Translations under genes and position numbers: made by a program
Shown: piece by piece, positions 53,970-64,000 of the stretch
Layout of the letters: each line of letters begins with the position of its first letter
How positions within the stretch are numbered: position 1 is the stretch's first letter
The notes under the pieces: model-generated
The model's database searches: none
Told to the model about the DNA's origin: nothing
The model's input: the letters and a program-made list of their open reading frames with translations, nothing else
Assembly (NCBI GenBank): GCA_963823665.1
Contig: CAWGMQ010000005.1
Location: 1,344,001 to 1,408,000 of the forward strand
Origin: an uncultured Planctomycetota bacterium
GTDB taxonomy: Bacteria > Planctomycetota > Planctomycetia > Isosphaerales > Isosphaeraceae
DNA length: 64,000 nt
Direction: 5' to 3'

Positions 53970-54638
53970 TCAGGCTGCGATCAATTCGCCGCTGATGTCC
54001 GTCTCGAAAACCGGTAGATCCAGGTCTCGCCCGACCTCGATCGCAGCCCTGACGGCCTGCTCGTGAGTACGGTCCGCGGACCGCAAGTCGCTCGGGTACG
54101 AAACGATCGTGATGCGGTCCCAATGGCCACCGCTGGCGTCGACTTCGTCCAGCGTAACGACGAACGTGATGTGCTCGCCGTCTTGGTGCTCGTCGGCCCA
54201 CAAGGCAACGTGGTGCGTCGTGGGCTCCGGGGCAATCTTGCGGTCGGCCCGCAGGCCGGCGATCAAGGTATCAGTGCGGGCAATCAGAGCGTCCGCGTGC
54301 GCGATCCCGGCGGCGCGGAGGATTGCTGTCACTCGCCTGTCATCGACTGATTCACCAACAACAGCGTTAGAGCTCGGTCGCGAATCCCGCAAAGCGGTCC
54401 ATAATCGCACCTTCGGAGCGAGTTCGCCGATCATCCGATCCACGGTCAAATCGTCCGCGTGCGCGATCCGGGCGGCGCGGAGAACCCCTGTCGCCCGGCC
54501 GTTATCGGCCGATTCACCAGCAACAACCGCAGCCTTCGGTCCGGAATCCCGCGGGGCGGTCCATAATCGCACCTTCGGGGCGAGTTCGCCGATCTTGCGA
54601 ACCAAGGACGGGTCTGACGGATTATTAAGCACTCGCAA
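53970..54638 (-). CDS. Hypothetical protein with an internal 54-aa duplication
   Basis: IGELAPKVRLWTA.RDS..LRAA.IAHAD twice (162-bp period); overlaps the sigma gene end. Confidence 0.55.
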   Translation of the reverse strand: MRVLNNPSDPSLVRKIGELAPKVRLWTAPRDSGPKAAVVAGESADNGRATGVLRAARIAHADDLTVDRMIGELAPKVRLWTALRDSRPSSNAVVGESVDDRRVTAILRAAGIAHADALIARTDTLIAGLRADRKIAPEPTTHHVALWADEHQDGEHITFVVTLDEVDASGGHWDRITIVSYPSDLRSADRTHEQAVRAAIEVGRDLDLPVFETDISGELIAA

Positions 54639-55236
54639 TGTCCTTCTCAGGCACGCCTTGAGGGATGTGCATCCGGACGCCGTGACCGGAAAGTCCCATG
54701 CTTGCCGCGATTCTGCCTCGGAGCCTAGAAAATCGAACCCGATTCTGGCTTTTCGTTTTGTCGATCATGTCGCCTTCGACGTAGTCAAGCGCGAACTCGC
54801 GATCTGATGTTGAGAGAGACGCAAGTATTTCGAACAATTTCTTCTTCGCCGGACACGCAGGCATATCGCAATCGTCGTCTCGCGAAATGACCCGAAACGG
54901 CAAACGATCAAGAATCCCGTCGGACTCCCCGCGCAACAGTTTCTTTTTCAGAATGTCTAAGATTTTTCGTTTCGCGATAATGAAGAGCCAATTGTCGAAC
55001 GTGCCTCTCTTACAATCAAATCTATCTGATTGACTTAATACAGTACGGAACGCCTCTTGTATCCCGTCGTCAATGTCGTGCGCCGTTATAGATTGGCGTG
55101 CGCTCCAAAACTGCGACGTGAGCCGCTGAACCAGCACCTTAGTGAGCCTGGCCCAAGCGACTCCGTCCTCAGGCGCAGGCACCTGAGAGAACTCCGCTGG
55201 AGCCACCGCATCGGGCTGACAATCCTTCTCACCCAT
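54625..55236 (-). CDS. ECF-type RNA polymerase sigma factor
   Basis: DIDDGIQEAF..FD..RGTFDNWLFIIAKRKILD (region 2); degenerate region 4. Confidence 0.75.
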   Translation of the reverse strand: MGEKDCQPDAVAPAEFSQVPAPEDGVAWARLTKVLVQRLTSQFWSARQSITAHDIDDGIQEAFRTVLSQSDRFDCKRGTFDNWLFIIAKRKILDILKKKLLRGESDGILDRLPFRVISRDDDCDMPACPAKKKLFEILASLSTSDREFALDYVEGDMIDKTKSQNRVRFSRLRGRIAASMGLSGHGVRMHIPQGVPEKDIASA

Positions 55237-55488
55237 CGCAGCCCCGCCATCAAGGAGCCTTATCCCCGTTTGATTACACTACAAATTCACGTTACAAGTC
55301 GGCTCAGAAAATTAGAGAGCACGCCACAACCAGCGAAAGCAACGTTGGTCGATGCCGTGGTAACGGGCGAAAGTAGTACTCACGTTACCTGACAAGGCCG
55401 TGTCCGCCTACTAGGTCCGACTATCCGCCTAGGCTCGCGAGGACCCTGCTTCGAAGGTGCACTTGGCAGCCGCCGACCCCCGCCCTCG

Positions 55489-56418
55489 TTGGAAACATCT
55501 TACAGGTTTAACATCGGGGACGTAACCTCCGAACGATACCTCGTTCGGGGCCTCCTCGGCCGCGGGGGTATGGGTGCGGTCCTGCGCGTCCACGATAGAA
55601 TCCGGGAGACCGAGTTCGCGTTGAAGTACTGTGAGGAAATAAGACTTCATCAGCGTTTCGGGCGCGAGGTTAGATGCATGAGTCGTGTGAAGAGCAACCA
55701 CGTTATCGAGATCGTCGATTCCAGTATCGACAACGACCCGCCGTACTTCGTTATGCCCCTCGCCGTCGGATCGCTCGAAGAAAAGTTAACCGAGTACAAA
55801 GGCGACGAGGCAGGAATCTTGTCCATCATGGACCGGATCTGTTTCGGCGAGGATGCCGGACACCCACCTTCTGCGGAGCGTCGGACACTCGCCTTATGCA
55901 TGCTGGTAATGACCAGGGGCCGCGGTATTGCGCCGAATGTGCGAGCCGCTAATGAATGGATGCGGGAGGCCGCGACAAAAGGATGGGTATCTGGAATCCC
56001 TCTGGCTCCCCTCAGAGGTTATGTGTCCGGCTCCCCCGGCGGTGAAGAAGAGAACCTCGATCGTGCACTGACCGTGATCTTGAACGCATCGGCGACGGAA
56101 GTCTCCCAGCAGCCCGCGCCGCCGATCGGCCTACGTGCGTTCGCGACCGCCAACGCCGGTATCCGCGTCGAGTGGGCCTATAACACGATCAGCCCGCCGG
56201 TCGTCCTGATCGGCTTCCATGTCTACATCGGCACCGGCGGCAGCCCGAACTATTCCAGCGCCGCGGCGACGATCAGCTACGCGGGCGCGATCGCCGGGAC
56301 GTTCGTCGCCAACGTGGCCGGGCTTACAAGCGGTACGAACTACACCATCGGCGTCCGGGCCTATAACACAGTCACCGAAGAACCGAACACCATCACGTTT
56401 TCGAGAAAGTGTACGTGA
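55489..56418 (+). pseudogene. Chimeric ORF: Ser/Thr kinase N-lobe joined to a fibronectin-III-like fragment
   Basis: LGRGGMGAV, ALK, RFGREV, PYFVM, ending at ICFG (~55850) with no HRD/DFG; later VEW..GFHVY..GLTSGTNYTIGVRAYN. Confidence 0.7.
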
Positions 56419-56789
56419 TCTCATGAGGTCCATTCGGAAACCATCGAAACGTGGGATAGCTCCCGATGCGCTTAGGGTCGATATCGATATCAAGGTGCAA
56501 GCGAATAACCTCGAGATTCCAGTTGGCACCCTGGTCAGGATCGCACTTAAAGCCCTCGGAGCGATCACAGCGCTGTTAGGAATTATTTGGGCTCTCCGGA
56601 AGTGATCCGGCCGCCGCCACCATCGCCCGTAGGCTGTCGGCATTGCGAAGCATGGTCACCATCGCCCGTCAAATTGGACGTGTCGCGTGGTGGCTCGACG
56701 TTGGTGGTCCGAAATCCGAGCCATAACGTGACACCCGAGGCCCCGGCCTCGACGGCTGGCGACGCCTGCCCAAGAAGGCCGCGGAGCTG

Positions 56790-57112
56790 GCGCCATCGCC
56801 CCGCGGCAAGCGAGACTTGGCCCTCTTGCTCTTGATGCACGATCTCGGCTTGCGCCGCGGCGAATGCGTCGAGCTCGACCTGGGCGACGTCGAGCTGGAC
56901 GACAACCCGGCCGTGTCGGCCGTCGGCAAGGGAAAGACGGAATCGGAGCGTCTAACCCGGGCCTCCGGGCCGTGCGCGGCACTCCGCGGATCACCGCGCA
57001 CGGCCCCGAGGCCGGTCCGTTGTTCGTCAGGCTTGATCCCGAATCTGGGCCCGCGCTCGAGCGATTGACCGGCGATTCCGTGTGCCGAATGGTGGCGCGT
57101 TTGGGGGAGTGA
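56790..57112 (+). pseudogene. Tyrosine recombinase/integrase fragment
   Basis: LALLLLMHDLGLRRGEC..LDLGDV..GKGK, frameshifting to GPLFVRLD..RLTGDSVCRMV; no HxxR or catalytic Tyr. Confidence 0.75.
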
Positions 57113-57334
57113 AACCGGGGACGCGGCTAGATTCGCCGTTACACGAACACCAATCCTAACGATGTCGTTCCGAGTTCCGAGACTCGCGTTCCGGGGACAC
57201 CATCCCTAACTCCCCGCCTCAGTGCCCATCTTCACGAGGTCCGCGTTGGCTCGGCATGCCGCAGGTACACTGTGCGCCAGAAGCCGATCCATCGGACCGA
57301 GCACCGCCCATATCCTCGATCCGTTCGGGCCGTC

Positions 57335-57630
57335 TCACACGGATAGAATCTGTTCCAGAACCCAGTCATAAACACCGAGCAATGCTTCCACTCGTCCTTC
57401 CTCCACCATGGATTCCAGCGGGATGGACGGCCTCCTGGCGATGCTATCTACGGGAAGGAAAATGCCTGGAATCGCATTGAGTCGATTCAACTTCTCAATC
57501 CGAAGAGCCTCTGCGCCAAAGGGCGGCCTTTTCAGGTAATGCTGGAAATGCGTCTCGAAGGTGCCGTACGTGTAAACCGCGAAGAGCGGGTAGTCGATCC
57601 CCTTGAGCTGAGCGACCGGGACGGGGGAAT
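57335..57630 (-). pseudogene. C-terminal fragment of a hypothetical protein
   Basis: YPLFAVYTYG..PPF..LNRLNAIPG..RRPSIPL..DWVLEQILSV* with no start. Confidence 0.5.
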
Positions 57631-57907
57631 GAAACTGGGACGCAGCTAGTTTTTCATCCCGTTGGCAAAATCAAATCGACACACTTCGCACTTGAACCAG
57701 AAAAAGTGGCGCGAACCGAAAACACGAACACCAACAAAGGCCGAACCAATCAGCAGACCGCTGCGCAGCGAAAAAGGGAATTCTCCCGCTTTCCCTTTTG
57801 CAGTCGCGCGGACTCGGCTAGAATAACGGTCTAGTCCGTTTCTAGAAAAGTTCTAGGCTTTGACTTGGTCATCGCCAACGGCAAGCCTTGACCTATCTGA
57901 AGGCAAA

Positions 57908-58149
57908 ATGGGAGCTAGGTCTAAGAGGCAAGATAAGCGCATCCGATACCACGATCACGCTCTCGATCGTATTCGCGAACGCGGAATATCTCGCGAACAA
58001 GTGGCTCGAACTTTGCGAAGTCCAGACGCGGAAAGGCCAGCGTAAATCCAGAATGCCAAGCGATTCGAGAAGGCCCTCTCGCGCGCAGGCGATTGGTTGT
58101 GATCGCGAAAGAGACGCCAACCGAATTCTCGGTAATCTCTGCTTGGTGA
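57908..58149 (+). pseudogene. DUF4258-like (RelE-fold) toxin, frameshifted
   Basis: IRYHDHALDRIRERGISREQV..L.SPD, continuing in other frames to RLVVIAKE..VISAW*. Confidence 0.65.
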
Positions 58150-58173
58150 TCGGCGTTTTCGCGGAACAAGACA

Positions 58174-58464
58174 ATGCAAACAGCACGAAAGGTTGTCGGA
58201 TTCGAACTGTCTCTCAGCGGCCGCAGTGACGGCACGCTCGAGACCGCATACGTCCGTTTTCAAAAAGGCGACGTCGCGAGCACGCGGGAACTTGTCGAAG
58301 ACACACTCATCGCTGATTACGACAGCAGAGGACGGCTGATCGGGATCGAGATTCTTGCACCTGTCAGTCTTGCCACTCTCGCCAGGCAAGTAGGCGTTGC
58401 ACGAAGGAGCTCGTTCCGCAAATTCCTGAAGCACTCAGCACCGCGGCAGTTGATCCAAGCCTGA
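58174..58464 (+). CDS. DUF2283-family putative antitoxin
   Basis: AYVRF..V.STRE..LIADYDSRGRLIGIEIL. Confidence 0.8.
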   Translation: MQTARKVVGFELSLSGRSDGTLETAYVRFQKGDVASTRELVEDTLIADYDSRGRLIGIEILAPVSLATLARQVGVARRSSFRKFLKHSAPRQLIQA

Positions 58465-58781
58465 AGACTACGTCCACCGAAAGGGTGTCACTCAGGAATC
58501 CCAGACACCCATCAACCGTGCCGATCAATGATTGTTCGGGGTTCGACGCAGGGCCTCGAGCCAGCCATCGATTACGCCGATTAACGACTGCACTCTCGGT
58601 TGGCTCTTATTCTGTGAGTGTCTCCCGCCGATCGCCATTGCGATCTCAGAGCGACACAGCCGAGATCGCCCTCCCAGGGTGGCGCCTCCGCGGTCGATTC
58701 GAACTGGAAAACCGGTGTCTGTCGAACGATGTCTTGCGATCCAGCGACAGTGCGTGTGTCTCGATCGGTGTCTTGCGATCC

Positions 58782-59192
58782 TCATCGGACCTGCCAATCC
58801 TCGATCACGAGGCCAGCGACGCGGCTGAACTCGGTGGTGTTGTGCGTGACGAGCGTGCAGCCGTTCGCAAGGGCGATAGCCGCGATCAGCATGTCATTGC
58901 CGCCGATCGTCTGTCCGCGCGCGGACAGCTCCGCTCGAATCCGGCCATACGGTGCGGCGGCAGCATCATCGAACGGGAGCGAAAGGAATTGTTGCCGTAA
59001 CTGTTGAACGCGCAAGGCTGTGTTCGCCCGGTGGGCCGGGTCGGATCGTTCGACGCCGAACAGGAGCTCGGCGACGACCACCGAACACAAAACGATCTCG
59101 GTCGGTGTTTGTGCCTGGATACGGGCGACGATTCGCGGCTGATTCTGCCGCAGCCAGCCGATGCAGGTGTTGGAATCGAGCGGGTACGTCAC
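58782..59192 (-). CDS. vapC: VapC/PIN-domain toxin
   Basis: LDSNTC, VAELLFG, GQTIGGNDMLIAAIA, LVTHNTTEF; 136 aa, intact. Confidence 0.92.
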   Translation of the reverse strand: MTYPLDSNTCIGWLRQNQPRIVARIQAQTPTEIVLCSVVVAELLFGVERSDPAHRANTALRVQQLRQQFLSLPFDDAAAAPYGRIRAELSARGQTIGGNDMLIAAIALANGCTLVTHNTTEFSRVAGLVIEDWQVR

Positions 59193-59425
59193 GACAGCGG
59201 CTCTCGCTCTTCCACGGGGAGTTGGGGCAGACGCTCGAACGTTGGATCGGTGATGCTACCGGCCATCGACTGCACCCAGGCCGCCCATTCTGCGTGGGTA
59301 ATCTCCTTCGCCGCCGCTTCGATGACGACTTGGACCTCCCGGTCGGCCTGGTCGGGACCGAGCGGCACGTCCAGGTGGAGCGTGCCGTCGGGGCCGGTCC
59401 GGGAGTGAAGAACAATGCGGGTCAT
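59189..59425 (-). CDS. Putative antitoxin of VapC
   Basis: 78 aa, AGGAG RBS, GTGA overlap with vapC; homolog of 9207-9452. Confidence 0.8.
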   Translation of the reverse strand: MTRIVLHSRTGPDGTLHLDVPLGPDQADREVQVVIEAAAKEITHAEWAAWVQSMAGSITDPTFERLPQLPVEEREPLS

Positions 59426-59530
59426 GGTCGATTCTCCTTTCGCTTAGATTATACCTCGCCGCGTACTTCAATCTGCCCGGAGAGATCCAAGACACCTAGT
59501 ATTTGCGCGGCCTTCAGATCTGAGACGCAA

Positions 59531-59604
59531 GGACACCCATCAATCACACCGGCGAATGATTGCATGGTTCGTTGACGTGCGTTCTGTGGGTGTCTGAATT
59601 CCCC
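59531..59604. repeat. GACACCC..GGGTGTC MITE-like element
   Basis: Terminal inverted GACACCCA/TGGGTGTC; related copies at ~58503-58545 and ~58563-58622. Confidence 0.55.
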
Positions 59605-60032
59605 ACGACTGCGACGCGTGCATGGACCCGGCCGCACGCGTCGTAGTACTCGCGAATCGCTATATCGGTCCCGGAACCGGCCGCCTCGGGTGCGAATCGT
59701 CGGGTGACCCAGCCGCTCACAAGCCCCCCCAGCACTGCGATTGGTACGAGGAGCCACACGCGCGGAGTTCCTCCCACGGCAGAAGGAACCAAGAGAGTTT
59801 CCCCTGCCGGTCCTCCGGGCCGATACCCTGCGCACTGGGTGAGCGCCAATCGCGTCACGACCTCGCAGGCCGCGAGGAACGCAATCGCCAGGGCCGCGAC
59901 GACCGCGCCGAGAACCACGGAAGCAATCAGCAAACGAAACCGGCTTACGGGTGGGACGTCGGAACTCACGGTACGTTGACCATTAATCGCCGTCTGGATA
60001 ACCAAGGGTGAGGGGAGCGTCGCGAAGCTCAT
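59604..60032 (-). pseudogene. N-terminal fragment of a ClC chloride channel
   Basis: TM segments and FAPEAAGSGTDIAI signature; breaks off at the repeat element. Confidence 0.75.
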
Positions 60033-60212
60033 AATATTCTCCCGGTGACGGATGCGGCATTCCCCTGAAACTCCGGTCAAGACGGTTGTCAGTTGTCCGC
60101 CGCTCAAGTTCTGCAGCTCATTGCGCAGCCCTCTGCACCGATCACGCGCAGCGAAATGACGAACAGCCGGCATGAACGATCGCGCCTGCTCCAACTAGCG
60201 CTCGAACGAGAC

Positions 60213-60596
60213 TCACGTCATCCGTTCCACCCACCTGGCCCGCCACGCCGGCGGCTCAAACGGCTCCGCGAAGTACTGCGTCTCGCGCACGACCTTTCCT
60301 GCCTCAAACTCCATGATGCTCACCGTGTTGACGCGACGCCCCTCATACGTGATCTCATACTCGGTGACCCAGAGATCACCACCGCCGACAATCCGCCGGA
60401 CGACAAAGCCCGACGGCCTGGCCGGGTGCTGGCTGCGGAGGGCTTGCACGTTGTGCCGCCCGCGGACTCGCTCCCCCGACTGTGGGTACTCGACGACGGC
60501 ATCCTCGTTGTAGATCTCGTGTTCGGCCTCCTGATCACCCGCAGCGGAGGCGGTCCAGTGTTTTTCCAGGGCTGCGCGGATTTGCATATCATTCAT
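60213..60596 (-). CDS. NTF2/SnoaL-like protein
   Basis: DAVVEYPQSGERVRGR, VSIMEF..GKVVRETQYF..WRARWVE. Confidence 0.88.
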   Translation of the reverse strand: MNDMQIRAALEKHWTASAAGDQEAEHEIYNEDAVVEYPQSGERVRGRHNVQALRSQHPARPSGFVVRRIVGGGDLWVTEYEITYEGRRVNTVSIMEFEAGKVVRETQYFAEPFEPPAWRARWVERMT

Positions 60597-60643
60597 TTCA
60601 GCCTCCCTTCGTCTGGGCTGCGCTGCCGGACACCTGCCCCGAG

Positions 60644-60920
60644 TTACCCGAGGTGCCCCTGAGTTTCGTGGACGTAGCACCACGTCCACGTAGCCCCGGG
60701 CATTACGGATCGCATCACCGGATGACCCGCCTCATGGAAGTGCCTTGTCGCATGCTTGCCGGGCGAGGAGTCACAGCAGCCGACATGGCCAAACGCCTGG
60801 CACTCCCGCAGCCCGTGCCTTCTTTCAGGCTCAGGCGCTCCTCACAGGCCCCTGGGGCGTTCGCGGCGGTGGGAAGTCGGCCGCTGTCAGCTCCTGCAGG
60901 TGTTCACACGGCTTTTTCAT
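60644..60920 (-). pseudogene. UBP-type zinc-finger protein, disrupted
   Basis: MKKPCEHL.. then frame breaks, then GHVGCCDSSPGKHATRHFHEAGHPVMRS..WTWCYVHE*; absent from the ORF track. Confidence 0.75.
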
Positions 60921-60969
60921 AGGCTTCTCCTTGTGAATACTTGGCAATCTCTGTGTTTTGCCTTACCGA

Positions 60970-62019
60970 TCAAACCCAGCCATCCTCCGGCGCCTCGGCA
61001 CCGAACCAGCGTTCCGTGATCACTTTCTTTCGCGTGTAGAAAGCAACGGCGTCAGCACCCTGCGTATTGAGATAACCGTAAATTGAATTCTTCCAGCCTC
61101 CGAACGGAAAGAACCCCATCGGCGCCGGCACGCCGACATTGATGCCGAGCATCCCGGCCTGGATGCGTTCGCGGAAAGTGCGGGCCGCCGCCCCGGATTG
61201 CGTGAAAAGGCAAGCCGTGTTGCCGTATCGGCTGCGGTTCGCCAACGTGATCGCCGCGTCCAGGTCCGGGGCGCGCATCAGGCTCACCACCGGGCCAAAG
61301 ATCTCCTCTCGGCCGACGAACATCTCCGGCGTAACATCGTCGAAGACCGTCGGCCCGATGAAGCAACCCCGCGGCCTGTGAGGTACGGTTTGGGAACGGC
61401 CGTCGAGGCGAAGCCGGGCTCCTTCCGCCACACCTCGCTCGATCGCTGCCCGGATCCGCTTTTCCTCCTTCGGGTTCACCACGGGACAGAGCGTCGCGGT
61501 GTCGTCTAGGCCGTCTCCCAGTTTGAGTTCACCCGCCGAGCGGATGAAGGCATCGACGACGGCGTCCTGTCGCACTCGATCGCCGACCGCCACCAGCACG
61601 CTCCCGGCGAGACAGCGCTGTCCCGCGGAGCCAAAGCACGATCCAATCAGGTCGGGCAGGATGCGCTCCAGGTCGGCATCGGGCAGGACGAGCAGATGGT
61701 TCTTCGCTCCGCCGTGCGCCACGTCCGAGAAGTTCTTTTCCAGCAGCCCCCGGAACTTGAACAGGACGTGGGCCCGATCCGGCGCTGGAGTGGCGCGCCA
61801 GCCAGGGAAGGCTCGGGCGGCAGCAGCGCATGCCTCGTCCACCTGCTCCGGCGCGGCCTCGCGCACCGGCGCCAGCATCTCGGCCGTGTCCGCCGGATTG
61901 TAGATGTCGCGGCTCGTGTTCCCACGGCCCTCGACCCAGGTTCCACCGATTAGGTTGAGCGCGGAAGCCGAACGCGAGGACCTGGCCGGCGACCGATCGA
62001 TGGCAGCAATAATGCTCAT
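60970..62019 (-). pseudogene. Methylmalonate-semialdehyde dehydrogenase-like ALDH with internal in-frame deletion
   Basis: GAKNH, FGSAGQRCLA, EEIFGPV, GINVGVPAP present; N-terminal helix joins directly to GGAKNH near 61718. Confidence 0.85.
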
Positions 62020-62107
62020 AAAGTCCTCCGAAAGCATGAGAGTCTGTTCACGGACGTTCTGTCGAGGTCGCTCAGTCTGCTGTCGAGCGGACAGGGGAGC
62101 GGTCGGT

Positions 62108-63091
<984 letters not shown>

Positions 63092-63177
63092 GGACTTTCT
63101 CCTCATGCACTCTCTGGCGGGATTTCCCAGCGTTAGGTGACCCTGGGAGGGGCTGTCTGTCCGAGTTCTCCCCCGGA

Positions 63178-63826
63178 TCAGTTGTCAAGGAACACCACGT
63201 TCTTCTCGATGGCCTCGCGGCCGATGTGCAGCTTATTGGCGGGGAACTCCGGGTCGGAGTAGCCGACCGCCAGGCCGCACAGGATCGACAGTTCCGCCGG
63301 GATCGCCAGTTGCGCGGACGATCTCGGGATACCCCGCAATCGAGACCTCGACACAAGTCCCCACGCCTCGTGCGGTCAAGGCCAGCAGCAACGTCTGCAG
63401 GTACATCCCCACACCCAGGGCGTCCGCCGGGCCGAGATCCCGGTGCATGCAGACGATCCCGGCCAGCGGCGCTCTGAAGAATTCCCAGTTGCGCAAGACG
63501 GCGGCATCATGGCCCGCCTTGTCCTCGCGGGCGATTCCCATCGCCCCGTAGACTTGGGCGCCCAGCTCGCGGCGATAGTGCCGAAACGCTTCGGGCAGGG
63601 GCGGGATGTTGGGTGGCCGACGCTGGGCCTCCTCGAGTAGGGCCTTGACCAGCCGGTCTCGAGCCGGCCCGGATGCGAACACCACGTGCCACGGCTGGAT
63701 GTCGGAGTTGGACGGCGCGTGCTGAGCCAGGACGAGAGACTCTTCGACCAATGCCCGCGGCACCGGCTGGGGCAAAAACAGCCGCGTCGAATGGCGCTCT
63801 CGGATCACCTGCTCAAGGTCGAACAT
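63178..63826 (-). CDS. Nitroreductase family protein (frameshift ~63315)
   Basis: [28 protein letters not shown], continuing ILCGLAVGY in another frame. Confidence 0.88.
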
Positions 63827-64000
63827 GGTGACTCCTCCTGCCGAAAGAAAGCATGTAAGCCATGCGTTCCCCCAAAGCGGGTGTCCTTGAGGGGTGACAA
63901 CTCCCTGACAACCACCCGTCAGGAGCCATGGTCACGATTCTCGGGCTGGCCCCCGGCACGGTCAAGTCCTAGAGATGGTGCTGTGCTGTCGCTCCGCACG

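Overview
High-GC bacterial DNA. The repeat families, ECF sigma/Ser-Thr kinase pieces and the 'ANRRNA..STGP' protein family suggest Planctomycetota (inference). Five blocks: (1) 1-13.6 kb, a scrambled accessory region with metallophosphoesterases, a HEAT-repeat protein, a flavin-dependent tryptophan halogenase, a duplicated 2OG-Fe(II) dioxygenase and several intact or broken toxin-antitoxin (TA) modules; (2) 13.9-24.6 kb, a SpoIIM-RDD-DUF4129-DUF4350-MoxR-DUF58-ABC cluster; (3) 24.8-36.8 kb, a Tat-exported xanthine-dehydrogenase-family molybdoenzyme, an MFS transporter and an imuA-imuB-dnaE2 cassette; (4) 39.1-53.7 kb, a three-gene putative anti-phage operon (giant YprA/DUF1998 helicase with C-terminal nuclease-like domain, SNF2 helicase, Eco57I-like adenine methyltransferase), interrupted between genes 2 and 3 by a 1.8-kb array of 24 complete ~75-bp double-hairpin units, an IS200/IS605-type (RAYT-like) tyrosine transposase and inverted copies of the repeat; (5) 54-64 kb, many gene fragments, TA pairs and small oxidoreductases. 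Many conserved genes have single-base frameshifts that look like long-read indel errors. No rRNA, tRNA or true CRISPR array was recognised. All family assignments come from motifs recognised by eye, not database searches.
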